DNA of 64,000 nucleotides, taken from positions 5,844,707 to 5,908,706 of the forward strand of contig OZ037767.1 of NCBI GenBank assembly GCA_964035545.1, read 5' to 3'. The translations under genes and the position numbers were made by a program. Shown here one piece after another: positions 1 through 15,870 of this stretch (position 1 is its first letter; every line of letters begins with the position of its first letter). Source of the DNA: Bugula neritina. Taxonomy: Eukaryota; Animalia; Bryozoa. The notes below the pieces were generated by a model. That model did not search any database, was not told the DNA's origin, and saw nothing but the letters and a program-made list of their open reading frames with translations.

Positions 1-334
1 TGACAATAACTTTTGAAATAATTTAATCACAATTAGTAATGACAGTTTTAATGATGTAATTGTTTTGACAATAATTGTGAGTTTGCAATGGAAGCGTTGA
101 TAGAAAGACAAACTTTTATCATAAAATATATAAAAAAAATGTTGTGGTGGTCTGATTAAAATCAAACTATTTGTGTTTTTTTGCTTCAATACCCTTGCAA
201 AATTAATATATATCATCTGTCATCAATTCTTAGTGTTTAATGAAGTGTTTAACTTGGTAATAACTTTAAAGTTTCGCTTATATCTCTGCTTAAAAAGTAC
301 GGAGCTTACGCAACTTTATGGAATTTCATTGTAG

Positions 335-3300
335 TTTGACATGGTGTGTGGAAACAGCTGGGCAGGCACAACAGTAAAAGTAATATACACTTGCGGTCTA
401 ATAATTGGAGCTTTTGGTGCTGGAATAATCGGGGACAGGTAACCTTGCAAGCTAAAGTTAGTAACTAGACACAATTTAAAATATTTAAAGAGATTAAGAT
501 GACTAATCAGTTAGTGGATTAGTGCTGAATGAAGTAGAAAGACAACTCCATTTCTAAATGATGAAGTAGCCTATATCACATGATGATAATTAATTTCATG
601 GTAACGATACAAGAAACGTCAAATATTTTATACTAAATTTCAAAGTGGTTCAATTTAAAAACTGCTTTTATGTATTTGTATCAAATATACAGAGTAGTAA
701 TAAAGTAACATATAATGGTGGTATTTTTATTTTTTGACTAGAAGAGCATTTTAATAGTGCTTTAGAATTCAAGTTTTCATTCATATTCAATACTGGTACC
801 AGCAACTTTGCAGCTTGCCATGAAATGAAAATAAGCATCATGCTCTATAGCAATCAGCTGGTAATCTACAATTTCTTTGAAATCACATCTGTTCAACTGC
901 TAATTAGTAAACAGAACAATTTTCAAAGCTTTGAAAATCTCTAGTTTTTGTTCACAGCACCTGGTTTTGTTAATCTTCTACTGCCATCAACATTTATTTT
1001 TAAAGTATTAACCTTTCAAAACAAAAATCAGTTTTTAGCTGAGCAGTAGCAAAAAGTAGAATGGTTTGTACATAAAAGGCAGCTCATAATGTAAAAATAA
1101 TGCGCTTTTTATATAGTAACTCTATACTGATTTTGGCACTTGCGCCATCTACATGATTTCTGGTTAGAAAACATACACTAAATATTTTAAAAGTTCCAGT
1201 CTTAAAAGTGATATGTAGGTTTCTTCATGCTGTAGTCTTTGAACCTAAATCAATGCCTTCAATTCATGAGGGGCCCAGTTTCCCAGACTCTATACCTATT
1301 GCTTTTACTACTTGGTAGGATTGGCAGAAGACTTGCTTTGATTGGTTTTTATTTTGTGGGAGGAGCAGCAGGCATAGTGACAGCATTCTCAGTCAACTAT
1401 TACATGTTTGCAGCTCTGAGGTTTATTGTTGGCATGAGTATGGTTGGAATCCCACTGCTAAGAAGTATCATTGGTAAAAATAAACCCATGAATATAGCTC
1501 TTTAAATGCATTTAAAAGTTTGTACTTATATAGGCCAAACCTAAAAACTCTACTTTGAATTTGTTCAGCATCTTTTGTTTGTTCCATCTCTAAATGCAGG
1601 TTTTAACCTAAAGATTTGATGATGTCAATATTGTCATTTTTAGCTTTAGAAATAACTGGACCTTCAAAGAGAAGCTATATTTTTGCAATAACTTCGGTAT
1701 TTTGGCCGTCGGGAGCTATGTTTTTGGGACTGCTAGCATATCTGATACAGGATTGGAACTGGTTACAGATAACAATTTCAATACTACCTGTGCTAGTTGG
1801 AGTTCTTACTATTTTGTAAGTAGTTGTTAGTAATACAAATGATTTAACTCTAATGAAAAACTCTATAAAACGTTAGAGTAATAATTTTGTTAAAATACTC
1901 AAACTTGTTCTATGCACATAAGTTATAATATGCATGTTCTTGAGTTTGTAGCTTCTTAAAGGAGACTCCACACTATCTGGTAACTAAAGGAAAGCACAAA
2001 GAAGCTGAAAAGATATTTCTACACATGGCCAGTGTAAATGGTAAAACTCTGCCTGAGAACTTCATGGATGAACTCAAAGAAGGAGAAGAAGCAGCTGTGA
2101 CTGAAAAACTGAAAAGTATTTTTAAAGCTCCAGTGCTCCTTAAACGAATAGCTATTTCATTCTATATTTGGTAAATGTTTTAAAATGATGCAATATTGAT
2201 GTTAGAATTAAACAAGTTATATACATCAAACTATATAACTATCTGGAAACTCATATAGCCTACAAAAATTAAGGAATTAATTTAATACTAATTAGTTTAA
2301 AATTAATAGTATTTTGCATTTATTTTAGTTGTCAAACTTTGAAGCTTCTTTTATAGTCTTGTATAGTCTATAGACTTTTAACATAATTAAGAATTACAAT
2401 GTTTAATCTCTAGATATCAATAATATTTTCAAATTAAATCACAAATAAATAATTATAGTTCATAGACAAATTTGATTTTCTTATTAATGAATATTTTTTT
2501 GTTAGTAAAAAAACATTTTTATATTTTTAAATGCCTAATTGTATGATTAAAAGTAACTTTAACGAATTTAAGTATATTTAAAATTGACAAATCTTTTTTT
2601 AAAAATTAGTACTTTTGTTTGTAGCACAGTATATATAATGGCAGCATAAATTAATTTATGATCATTATCGTTATTGTAATGTATTTCGTAGGTTTATTTG
2701 TGGACTGAGCACCTACGGCATCAGTTTCAGTGCAACTCATTTAACTGGCAGCATTTTTATCAACCACTTCATCATATCAGGGGTTGCTGCACTTCCACCT
2801 TCGGCCATCTTTCTTTCTTCATATAAGCTTGGAAGGAAACTAATCACACTACTTGCATTACTGATTGGTTCAGTCACATTGATCTCTATGGCTCTGTTGA
2901 ATGCATACGTAGATCTCTCAAGTAAGTCTTAAAATATAGACTTAGTTCTTAAAAAAGAGCAAAGTTATGATTGCATCTAGTTTCTAACTTAAACACAGTC
3001 AATAATAGGAATATCAAATTTGTAATTTAAATTTTAATTTTAGTGCTACCAAAAAACTACCATTATACTATTTCTTTAAAAGAAATTAAATTTAAATTAA
3101 AAAAATATCAAATATAATAAAAAAGTTATAACATATATATGATTTCCTGAGTTTACTCTAAATTAAAAAACCTAGCAATACTTAAATAAAATAATTAAGG
3201 AGCTGTTTAAAATTGAAAAAGTAAAAATTTTTTAAAATAATTCATGAAAATTTTACACTTAATCATAACCTTTACAAACTTTTCAACAAAAGAATGCTAA

Positions 3301-5358
3301 ATATCAGCTACAGCTTCATGCAAAAATATTCTCTTCCTCGTGAAAGTGTATAAGAATATCTTTGTGCGTGTGTGTGCGTGTGTGCGCGTGTGGGCGTGTG
3401 TGCGCGTGTGTGCGTGTGTGTGCGTGTGTGTGTGTGTGTGTGTGCGTGTGTGCGTGTGTGTGCGTGTGTGTGCGTGTGTGTGTTTTTGTGTGCGTGTGCG
3501 TGTGTGTGTTTTTGTGTGCGTGTGCGTGTGTGTGTGTGCATTCAGAGTTATTTTGTAAATTTAAACAATATGAAGATAGTAATTTTGCTCACAATCTTTT
3601 TTTATTTTTTTTCCAGGATATGGCTTTGTTTCCATCATGGTCTATATAATAGGAAAAGTGGGAATAGCAATCGTGTTTAACTTTGTTTATATGTGGTGCT
3701 CAGAATTCTACCCTTCAACTCTGCGATCCACACTTCTAGGACTATCATCATTATCAGCAAGAGTTGGAAGTGTTTTGGCTCCTGTTATCGTTGATCTGGT
3801 AAATTGGAAGCTGCTTTGTTTTGCATATTTCTCTGCTATTTGAAAGTTACACATAATTATACCTAAACTCATGTATAATGTCTATGAGTATATGTACACA
3901 GTGTAAGGCTTCTCAGTTTTAAACTGTTATGTTTAGTTTATCATTGTATAAATGGGTTTATACCTTCTCTTGAAACAAGGCTAAGTTTCAGTTTCAGATT
4001 CCTAATGTTTATTTTTTGACTGAAGCCTATTGAAATTATATCGATGCTAGAGATTATGTTTCAGCATAAGCTAATTTTTATAACTCTTTGATGCTGTTCA
4101 AAAGTCAATTGCATAATAACTATTTTGTTTTCAAATCCATAATTTGTAAGACAGGTGCTAACTAGTAATGACACATTATAAACAACATTAAATTAGTAAA
4201 AAGTAATTTTCCTAATTGTGTTAACATGATTAAGAACACATTTTTATATCAAATGCTATTTTTAGAACATACATGTTGACACTATATTTGGGCGGAGCTT
4301 AGGAGGCCTCATCTTTGGCATAACTATGTTTATTGGAGCTGTGTTGACCTACTTTCTTCCGGAGACTAACAAAAAGAAGGTTCCAGAGACAATTTCTGAT
4401 GCTAACATCTTCATGACAAAAGGATGGTGGGTGTTTTTTTATTTTACTTCATACTTTTGTCATTCGACTATAATTTTAGTTATAGATTGAGTTGTTATAG
4501 AAAAAAAAATCGCCAATGTTGCATTCAAATAAAAATCCATATTTTCTTTGTTTTTATAGGAATATGATCAATACTGTCTCAAATGTGGTCTTCATTATGT
4601 AACCTAATAAGTTGCAGAACAGTAATGCCTCCCATTCACAAAAAACTATCAACTGTTTAACAGAAAGCTCTTATCTCTGAAAGCTTTCATAGTAACAATG
4701 CTGTAATACAACATTACTTTTATTGTAAATTACAAAAAGTAATCACACAACAAAAGATAACACATAGGAAATACAGAGAGCATTAAGGCATATAATATCA
4801 TAAAGTTGCTCTTATCAACAACCAAACAATGTCTTATAGCAGAAGAATATGTTAGAAAATGTCATGTTCATGTAATCATCTTTATTTTCATAATTTTGGG
4901 CACTTGAGTCATAGAGAAACAGTCAAACTGTTTGAATTAATGATACACATCATGTATGCTGTTAAAAGTAGAAGCAAAATGAAAACAAAGAGAAACTAAA
5001 AATAAAACATCTGTCAATTTATAATGCAGTGTTATAATGGTACATTTACAGTTTTTATTAAAACAAGTTATTGTTTTTAAAATATTCAACTTCACACTAT
5101 ATGACCATATAAAGATATTACAGACCAGTACACATTTCAGTGTACAGGTGCTGCTGTATGTTTTCATAGATGTTATAAACGGCAGGTAATTGTAGAATCT
5201 ACATTGTTTAATGCAGAGTGAACCTAGTTGTATATTTATATAATATTTAGCCTAGGTCTACAGTCTAAATTTCCTATTTGTTGTATTGCTCACACAAACA
5301 TTGCAGGCAGAAGAAGTTGTACAAGGAAGAAGAAGATAAAGGAATGACATTGCTGTAA
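335..5358 (+). CDS. SLC22-family organic ion transporter, paralogue A (5'-partial; exons 1-2 lie upstream of the window)
   Basis: GT-AG exons 335-438, 1319-1473, 1644-1815, 1952-2170, 2692-2921, 3617-3798, 4266-4426, 5307-5358 join in frame. Motifs: FDMVC, GIIGDRIGRR (MFS motif A), [31 protein letters not shown]. Ends ...DKGMTLL*. Confidence 0.92.
3362..3539. repeat. Compound (GT)n/(GTGC) microsatellite
   Basis: Directly visible; source of the spurious VC/HT ORFs. Confidence 0.95.
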
Positions 5359-5871
5359 TTTGAAAGCAATTTCAAGACGTTTATTTTATTTAATATCAAA
5401 GCAAAAGCTGAATTTAGAAATATTTAATTGCTCTAAGACCTCTGTTACGATTTAAGCATTTCAGTAGTAAACGCTGCATTTTTTAGTGTTGGCATATTCT
5501 TTATCTGTAGTTTTTAAGTATATTCTTATAATGATGAAAATATAAATGGTGTGACTAAAATAAGGCCTAAGCAATAATTCAGATATAACGAAACTTTGTA
5601 TTTTATAGTTAAATAAAACTAATATAGACTAGTAGTACAAGAGTTGCTTAAGCATTCCAGTGAGCCAATATATTTTGCCAATAAAATTCTATAAACAGAT
5701 TTAACTCGTTTCTCAAACCAAATAACTTTTCATTATTTATGCTTGTATTTTTAAACCCGCCTGCCTTAATTTGATGCCTAATTAATGATTAAGAGTTGTG
5801 CTCCCCATGATGGTAAATCCCTAACCTTAATATTCAGAAGCATCCTCATTAAAATGCTCAAACTCTACCAT

Positions 5872-6918
<1,047 letters not shown>

Positions 6919-7726
6919 AAAGCAGATTATCATGGTTCACACCTTTGCAATAAAAGAAAGTAATTCTGCTACCAAAACATATTCAAAAGTTGTGTAAATT
7001 CAAACTGGAGAACCTAAGTGTCTAATTTATTACATTGAGCTGAGAAGAAATTTTTCTGTGTTTTCTATCATTAGGAGTTTGGTCCTCTTCAGATATATCT
7101 GTGAAAGATGTCACTGACTGTCTTGTTAGTTTTAGGTTGATGCATATCTGTAGAGGAAACTGTGGCACTGGGTACTGTTGTAACCTCATCAGTATAGAGT
7201 CAAACCTTGCTTGTGTGTTTGGCTTGAACTTGCTACCATATAAATATGGTTATTGGAATTGAAATGTGATTAAAAAAAACCCAAATTTACAAAAAAGCAA
7301 AACAGTTACCCAAATTATTTTAATATAGCAACTTTTTGCACCCGATCCGGGCATGGGGGTGAACGATGAACAATTGTTTGAGATTATAATAGCCAATGAA
7401 TAATAACAAAATACTATATATAATATCAACTCTGTGGGTAAATAGAGAAGATGCACCAAAAGGTATAATTATATATAATGAGTATACAGTTCCAGTAGCT
7501 ACCACTTTATTCTATTTCTATAATATCTAGTAAGATAAACTTGGTTATTGGCAAACTTGAAGAATTTTGATGAGTAAATTAAAGGGTAGGGGCTTATTAT
7601 AATAACAGGTTCTTAAAAGGACAAGTAGAGCTGTTTATAGTAATACTCTTAGAGGGTGAACAGAAATTGAACAGTTTGTAAGAGAAAATTTATTTTAATT
7701 CAACCACAAACTGTGAAGGTACAACC

Positions 7727-10700
7727 ATGGCTTCTACAAAGTATAAAATAGATTCTGTACTCGAAAAAGCAGGAGCTTTTGGAAGATATCAGTGGTTCCA
7801 GATTATTCTGGGTGCTCTTGGTTCTTTTATTACTGCCTGTCATTTTCTGGTTATAGTTTTTCATTCAATAACACCAAAACACAGGTAAGTGAATATCTTC
7901 CTTTTTTAGTGCATCAATATTTTTTGCATCACGACTTACTATCAACTGGCTTAATTATCTAAATTCTTTAAAACCTGATGGGAAAACCAAATACTTTATG
8001 TCATAACATTTTACATTTAACAGGCATGTTTACTTTCAGATGCAAACTACCAGACTGGGAAAATGACACCTTCTCCCTATTCAGTGATGTTCACAATCAA
8101 TCCATATATCAATGGATACCAGTTGATAAAGATGGAATACTTGATTCATGTAAAATATATACCAATAATAATGAGACTGTTGAGTGTGAAGAACATGTGT
8201 TTGATAAATCAGTGTACTGGGGAGTCACTCTAAATCAACAGGTAAGTAAAGCAATTTGATTTTGGATAGCTAGAGAGTTTGTGTGTACAAGAGAGAGTAA
8301 TAATTAGTTTACAGTAATAACTTTTAACATGTTGCATAGCATTTGCAACAGATGGTGATTAGAAGTTTAATTATTTTAATATCAGTGGTTCTTGTATATA
8401 ATTAGTCAAAAACTTGTGGCAGACTCAGGTTTTCATCAGACTAAAACTGGTAGTTGGACAGATTCCTCAAAAAGTTATAAAATATGAAGTTTTTAAAGAT
8501 TTTATATTTTTGATTGAATTTAAACTTTTTCTTACTTTGTGCAGAAATTATCTTCACCTGCACAATCCAAAATCCAACTTGCTATTTAACTAAGCTACCA
8601 ATGTCTCAGTTACAGTACTTTACTATAATATAAAAACTCATGCAAGTTTATAGTCACCATCCCTGTGAGAAAACCTCTGATGGAAGTATTTTGTTAAATC
8701 GGGCTAATGACTTATTCATATGGGGCACAGGAGCAATTATGACTGGATGCTCTTCCTATCATCACCAATGGCCTTTGTCAGGGCTCAAATCCATGACTTC
8801 GTGCTTACCATAAGCAAGCGCTCTAACCCCTAGACCACGCTGCTCTCCAGTACTTGACTATATATAATATGATAGAAATATACTTTATTTTTGTTATAGT
8901 TTGAAATGGTGTGTGGAAACAGCTGGGCAGGCACAACAGTAAAGGTAATATACACTTGTGGTCTAATGGTGGGAGCCTTTGGTGCTGGAATAATTGGGGA
9001 CAGGTAGTGTTGTATAATTATATTTACTTTATTTTTCACAACAATGCAACAGTAGTTCAACATTAGAGGAATACAAAGTTCTGTTCAGGATTTTAAATTG
9101 ATATACGTATTATTCATAAAGGAAGATAAAAATTACACATACTATATTTATGATAATGCACAGAAATCAAGAGTCAAATGTAGACTTCTGTTTTTTAATA
9201 AAATAATATGTAAAAATATTTTTAGCTTACTATATAGTAATAATATTCCAATATAATTCAGTATCTTTAAACATTTTTTCTTACATAAACTTAGTTTGTG
9301 TCAAATAAGAGAAAGAAAGCTCAATAAAGCCTAATAGACTGCAAAGAAGTTATAACTTTATTGGCAGGCGCGCTTAAATAGAGTACCAAAAGTACTAAAA
9401 TGGGGGGTCAAATTTTCTTTGGAGTATCACATCATTCACCCACCATTTAAGCTATCAGACCACTGCCTATATGATCTAACACACACACACGCACACGCAC
9501 ACGCACACGCACACGCACACGCACACACACACACACACGCACACACACACACACACACGCACACACATTAATAGTATTTATGTGCTAGCCTGTATTTTAA
9601 TCAGTATTTTTTTGTAAAAACACATTTCATATATACTTGTCATAAAGAGATAACTATTGTATAGGTTATCCTGGATATTGACTAGTAAAATAGTTAAGGG
9701 CATGCATACTTTCTCAAAACAAGCTAAAATTAGCCACTAACCACTATGGCAAATATTCAAAGAGCTCAATGAGGGTGTTAAGATTTAGATAAGTTAAAAC
9801 ATTATTGTCAATAAAATAGCTTTAGAATGTGATGGTGCCTCTATTTTAAATTGAAGCATCTAACACAACTATGAAGATTGTTATGTAAGAGAAATTGCTT
9901 ATTTCAATGAGGTTTTCTTGCTAAAATTTGAAGTGTTGAAATCTAAAAATTGATTTTATCTATTTTTATAAAACATACAAAGCAGTAATAACATAGTGTT
10001 GGTACCTTTAACTTAAACATTGTAATAGTGTTTTGTGATTCAATTTTTTTATAGATCATTAGTATCAGCAACTTTAAGGTTTATCATAGAATTAAAATAA
10101 GCAGCTAGCAATCAACATAAACACACCATCTGTTACATTTATACTTAGTTTTTAATTACTAAACAAAATTAATTTTTAATTTTTCTATGGTTTTCTTTGC
10201 TTTCCACTTTCTAAACTTTTAAATAATCTAGGTAGCTAAATTCAAATTATTAATGTTTGTTTTGAAAACCATCCCAATTTTTGCTAGCCACACCCAATAT
10301 TTTTGTGGTTACTGTTCTGTAGGATTGGCAGAAGGCTTGCTTTGATTGGTTGTTATTTTGTGGGAGGAGCAGCAGGCATAGTGGCAGCATTCTCAGTCAA
10401 CTACTACATGTTTGCAGCTCTGAGATTTATTGTTGGCATGAGTATGATTGGTATCCCACTGCTAAGAAGTATCATTGGTAAGAATAAACTCATGAATATA
10501 ATTCTTAAAGTGCATTTATAAATACGCTTTGCTTTTATGCATTGGCCAAGCCTAAAATTGCGCTTTCAAATCTGTTCAGCTTTGGTTCTATCACTCATTT
10601 GATGATGTTAAATATTTGGTTATTTTCAGCTTTAGAAATAACTGGACCTTCAAAGAGAAGCTTTACCTTTGCATTAACTTCGTTTTTTTGGCCCTCAGGG

Positions 10701-13700
10701 GCCATGCTTTTGGGTCTTCTAGCTTATCTGATACAGGACTGGAACTGGTTGCAGATAGCAATTTCAATACTACCTTTACTAGTTGGACTTCTCACTATCT
10801 TGTAAGTAGCTGTTGGTAATACAGACAAATTGAACTCAATAAAAAACTCACTACATCTGCAATACCTCGTCAATTAAATACAAGCAACATAATGCTGCTG
10901 CGCCGGCCAAGCAAACTATGGAACATTTTACTTCACGTATAATATACATAAATAATATATTGTAACTTTTTACAAAATTGTTTTATGAAGATTGCTGCAT
11001 ATATAAAGTGATGAGAAAGATAAAAAAACAGTTCTCTTTAGTCCCAAAACAACTCGCACAAGTTTATAGTCACCATCCATGTGAGAAACACAGCTGATGG
11101 AAATAACTTAATATTCATATGGGGCAAAAAAGCAATTATGACTGGATGCTCTTCCTAACATCACCGATGGCCTTTACTAGGAATCGAAACCATGACTACG
11201 GGTCAACTAAGCCAGCGCTCTAGCCCCTAGACTACTTCCTTAGGCACAAGATATATAGAATATATTAAATACATATGTAGCTAGTGAAAAAATAAAAGTT
11301 GTTAATATAGACTTGCTTATAATATAGTATAAGATAGACTAATTTTTGCATTAGTAAAATTTAAATTTTGTTATGGCAAGTCACATAAAGTCTGTATCGA
11401 TTTAATTAAAAGGTGTTGGTTTTTGTAAACTAAAATAGCAATTTAATTAAGAACATAAATTTTCCATACATATAACTTATAATATACATTGCTCTTGTGT
11501 TTGTAGATTCTTAAAAGAAAGTCCACATTATCTGGTAACCAAAGGAAAGCACAAAGAAGCTGAAAACATGTTTCTACACATGGCCAGTGTGAATGGTAAA
11601 ACTCTGCCTGAGAACTTCATGGATGAACTCAAAGAAGGAGAAGAAGCAGCTGTGACTGAGAAACTGAAAAGTATTCTTAAAGCTCCGGTGCTCCTCAAAA
11701 GAACAGCCATTTCATTCTATCTTTGGTAAATGTCTTTATCTACAACATATAATGAATAGCAAAAACATAGTCTTTGCTAAAACTTAGCAGCTAATTTAGT
11801 AGAGCCAGAATTTCCTAAAGTATTGAAATGTCTAGGTTTTCGATCTTAATATTAGAAAAATTAAGATCTAAATAGCTTTATTGTTTTGTAGCAGTTTCTT
11901 GTTTACTTTCTAGTTGAAATTTATCATATGAATAATTTTTACACTTAAAAAAGCTCATGCATGCCTAGTTTAATGATGAAATTTCTATTTTGACATAACA
12001 AATAATAGTTAAAAGTAAGCATGCTGTACACATGTTTGTAGCGTATGAAATCAGAAGTGGCTGATAGAAAGAAAAAAAGTCCTCAAATACTATTTGGTTT
12101 AATCGTAATGGTTGCACTTGATTTTATGTGTCAACTTCAAAATTTCCTTAGTTTCACTTTAACAATTAAATTTAAAATTGCAGTTAGAAAATTAGTTTAA
12201 AGTTATCAGTTTTCTCTTTAAATTTTTGCTAAGCATAAATTGTAAAAATAATTTTATTGATGAACACCTATGTTCTTATTAATTATCTTTGTTGCTATAG
12301 AAAATAGTTAAGTTTAAATGAGATGTTCAAGTTTATAAATAAAAGAGTAATAAACAAATCAAAACACAGAAACTGGACTAAAAATAAAAAAGTAACAAAT
12401 TAAAATTACACTGCATAAAAATTTATAAATAATAAGATTGCTTTGATATATTTTGTAGGTTCGTGTGTGGACTGAGTAGCTACGGGATCAGTTTTAGTGC
12501 AGCCCATTTAACTGGTAGCATATTTATTAATCATGTCATCATATCAGGAGTTGCCGCACTTCCTTCTTGTTTGGTTTTCTTTTTATCATATAAAATAGGA
12601 AGGAGACCAGTGGCACTACTTGCTTTACTAATTGGTTCAATCACATTAGTTGCCGTGGCGCTGTTGAATGCATATTTAGATCTCTCAAGTAAGTCTTAGA
12701 ATATAGCTCTGTTCCTCAAAAGTATTGAGCTAACCAATTACATATTTGTAAAAAGAGAAAGCTTCTAATGGTTAAACTGTTTTGAAAAATGATCAATGCA
12801 TTTTAGATTACAGTTTTATTGCAATAGTAATTATAGCTATATAATATAATGAGTCTGTGTGTGCTTGTGTTATTGTTTGTATGTGTGTTTGTACATGTAC
12901 TTGTACCTGTGTGTGTGATGTAAGAGCATTATAGCTCTCACCCTAAGTACAGCGTGCTGCAAAACTTTCAATTTAGTCTTCTTTACATCACGTCAATGTA
13001 TGCTAACAAACGCTTGATAAATTTAAATAATACAGACATGATCATTTTCGCATATGTTTTTTCATTTTAATGCATATTTTCAGGATATGGCTTTGTTTCC
13101 ATCATACTATATATAATGGGAAAAATGGGGATTGGTAGTGTGTTTGGCTTTGTATACATGTGGTGCTCAGAATTTTACCCTTCAACTCTAAGGTCTACAC
13201 TTCTGGGACTCTCATCATTATCAGCAAGAGTTGGAAGTGTTTTGGCTCCTGTTATTGTTGACCTGGTAAATTACATATTTTTATTTTAGGTGAACTTTCT
13301 AGTTTATCAGCACAATTGTACACGTAACTTACAATTTAGTACCTTTTTAGAGCATACACGTTGAAACAATATTTGGGGGGAACTTAGGATGTCTCATCTT
13401 TGGCATAACTATGTTTATTGGAGCTGTGTTGACCTACTTTCTTCCAGAGACTAACAAGAAGAAAGTTCCAGAGACAATTTCAGATGCCAACATTTTTATG
13501 ACAAAAAGCTGGTAGGTGTTTCTCTGCCTATAAGTATATATTGTCCTTGGTCAAATAGGGTTTCAGTCGAATAATATGTCTTATATATAGGAACATAATT
13601 GTCCTAGAAAGTGATATATTAACATGAAAACTCTGCATTCACATCATTTTGAAAATCTCAAGTTATATAGTTTTCTAAAGACGAAAAACTGTGTTTGCTA

Positions 13701-14305
13701 AGGACGAGGTAACATACATAACTCAGTATGGAAAACTATTTAAAAGTACAGATCTGTTAATTAATTTTGTATCATGATGTGATGGTTAATTATTTCTTTT
13801 ATTTAAGATAAGCCGTGACCTTTAGCTTTTCTTTAAAAAAACGTCATGTTGTGTTCATGTGTATGTATAATATATTTATTGTGATACATTCACATATAGA
13901 TACACGTCATTTAAGTGTTAAGGTGCCCCTGTATGTTTTCATAGATGTATAGTAACAAGAAAGGGAGCAGTCGTGGTCTAGGGGTTAGAGCGTTTGCCTA
14001 GTAAACACGAGGTCATGGGTTTGAGCCCGACAAAGGCCATTGGTGATGCTAGAAAGAGCATTCAGTCATAATTGCTCCTGTGCCTCATTTACATAAGTTC
14101 TTAGCCCGCTTTAACAAGAAACTCTTTCTTTCTCGCATAAATAGCGACTATAAACTTGTGTGAGTTTTTGTGTCAAAATATATTATTATATTCATTCAAT
14201 TCCTTTCTAATTTTTATTTTTATATTTAATGTATTAATGTGCAAAACTTGTAGGAAAGAACAGCTGTACACGAAAGAAGAAAGTGCTGGCACTACACTGC
14301 TGTAG
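7727..14305 (+). CDS. SLC22-family organic ion transporter, paralogue B (10 exons, 544 aa)
   Basis: Exons 7727-7884, 8040-8241, 8900-9003, 10323-10477, 10630-10801, 11507-11725, 12459-12688, 13084-13265, 13351-13511, 14254-14305 sum to 1635 nt in frame. Starts MASTKYKIDSVLEKAGAFGRYQW (SLC22-type N-terminus), has a 4-Cys N-glycosylated extracellular loop, DRIGRR, EFYPST, PET. Ends ...SAGTTLL*. Confidence 0.93.
8632..8847 (-). mobile_element. tRNA-derived SINE, copy 1
   Basis: Reverse complement reads agcagcgtggtctaggggttagagcg (A box) ... atggatttgagccc (B-box-like) ... ggccattggtgatgataggaagagcatccagtcataattgctcctgtgcccc ... ctataaacttgcatgagttttt. Five further copies occur in the window. 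Confidence 0.85.
9479..9567. repeat. (CA)n/(CACG) microsatellite
   Basis: Directly visible. Confidence 0.9.
11050..11240 (-). mobile_element. tRNA-derived SINE, copy 2
   Basis: Same family: gtctaggggctagagcg head, ggtttcgattcc B box, ggaagagcatccagtcataattgc core. Confidence 0.85.
13963..14170 (+). mobile_element. tRNA-derived SINE, copy 3
   Basis: gggagcagtcgtggtctaggggttagagcg...gggtttgagccc...ggccattggtgatgctagaaagagcattcagtcataattgctcctgtg...ctataaacttgtgtgagttttt. Confidence 0.85.
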
Positions 14306-15870
14306 TCAGAAGAGAGGCAACTGCAAAGTAGTTCCTATAAGCAAATTAAAACCATACCACTAAAAGCTGTTGCTTGAAATGAAAATAGTGATTCATGAAA
14401 AAGTCTTTTACAAATTGAGAGCGTCAGTTTATAAAAAAGTTTTATCTTCAATGTTGAAGTAGTCATGTATACGTATTTTTCAATTGTATTTCCCTTATGC
14501 TAAAGATATATATAATACTCCGATAACATCAATTACGATAGGCTGATTTTTTGATGCAAGTTTTTCGTTCTATGTTATAACACAAAATAGTCTGAGAAAC
14601 ACAATTTTTTGCTCACTAAATTGATCCTTAGTGTAATAATATTCAAAAATATGCAATTGAGTTACCTTTTTATTGCCAATAAAATTAAAAAAATTATTAG
14701 TATGGTTTATTTTTCAGCTAATAAACTTACAGAGTTAGTTTATTTTTTTACAAAAAGCATAAAACTTCTCTAAGCCATATATCGTATTTACACTAGCATA
14801 GACTGCTGATTTTTGTCGATAATATACAATTTGGCAAAATAATAAGGTGAAAGCTAGCGCATCTAGTAATTGGTGATATTTATGTACTATAACCTACAAC
14901 TTTAAAAGCTCTTTTAAGTTTTTATTTTGCCCAATTTACAGTGAAGATTTGTTAAAAAAGATAATTTAAAACTTGTGCTATACTACTTAAATAAAATAAT
15001 ATGTTTGAGAAAAATCCTATGTGAATACTTTAAACAGAAATGCTCAAGCATATTGGAAAGAAAGAAAACTGGTCCAGAAGCATTCGATATGCATATTACT
15101 ATCTGATTTATCTGGATGCAGCTTGCTATACATGAATCAGCTAAAAAACACTATTTAAAAGCTAATTACTCTGATAATTCAGAAGTTACTAAATAGCACG
15201 TAATTAAAACATGATTTCTACTGGGTTTAAACTAGACCCTATATGGTGTTGAGTTGGAGACTGATGCCATCTTGTTTATCTTGAATATTAGGATAAAATT
15301 GGTAGAGTTGTAGTTGACAAGACTGTTATATTTTACGTATGTAGAAGAAGAGAAAGAGTGAGAAAAAATATTGTAGGTAATATAATAAAATATTCGTACA
15401 GAGAGAAGACAATTAATAATATGGTCATTTGTTAGTTATAAATGTTCATTGTCACAACAGCGGAAGATTGTATCATATTAACATATAGTACTGGAACAAT
15501 ATGTATTGTCCAAAATTTACAAACTAAGTTGACAGATAAAAATTAAGATCAAATATTCAAATTTGATAGCACTATTAATAATATACAGGTTGCATAATGA
15601 CATAAGTACCAGCAAATTTAAATCAAATTTTATTTGATTTATCAAGTTATTATTGAAGATTCACAAAATTTCCTTGTCATCATTATTATACTAGCTTTAT
15701 ATTATGTATATTAAACAAGTACCAGCACTATTGTTAGATTGAAATTTATTAGGGTAATTACTACACAATGATATTATATGTCAGATTACACTACAGTAGT
15801 TCCTAATAGGTTTCAAATAGATGTAATTAAAGGCTGTTTACGGTTATCAACTGTTCATCAATTTGCAAGC

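Noticed and set aside
3308-3680. VCVC / HTHT ORFs
   Set aside because: Translations of a (GT)n microsatellite.
13963-14035. tRNA gene calls at SINE heads
   Set aside because: A/B boxes are followed by a shared non-tRNA body in every copy and copies are mutated; these are SINEs.
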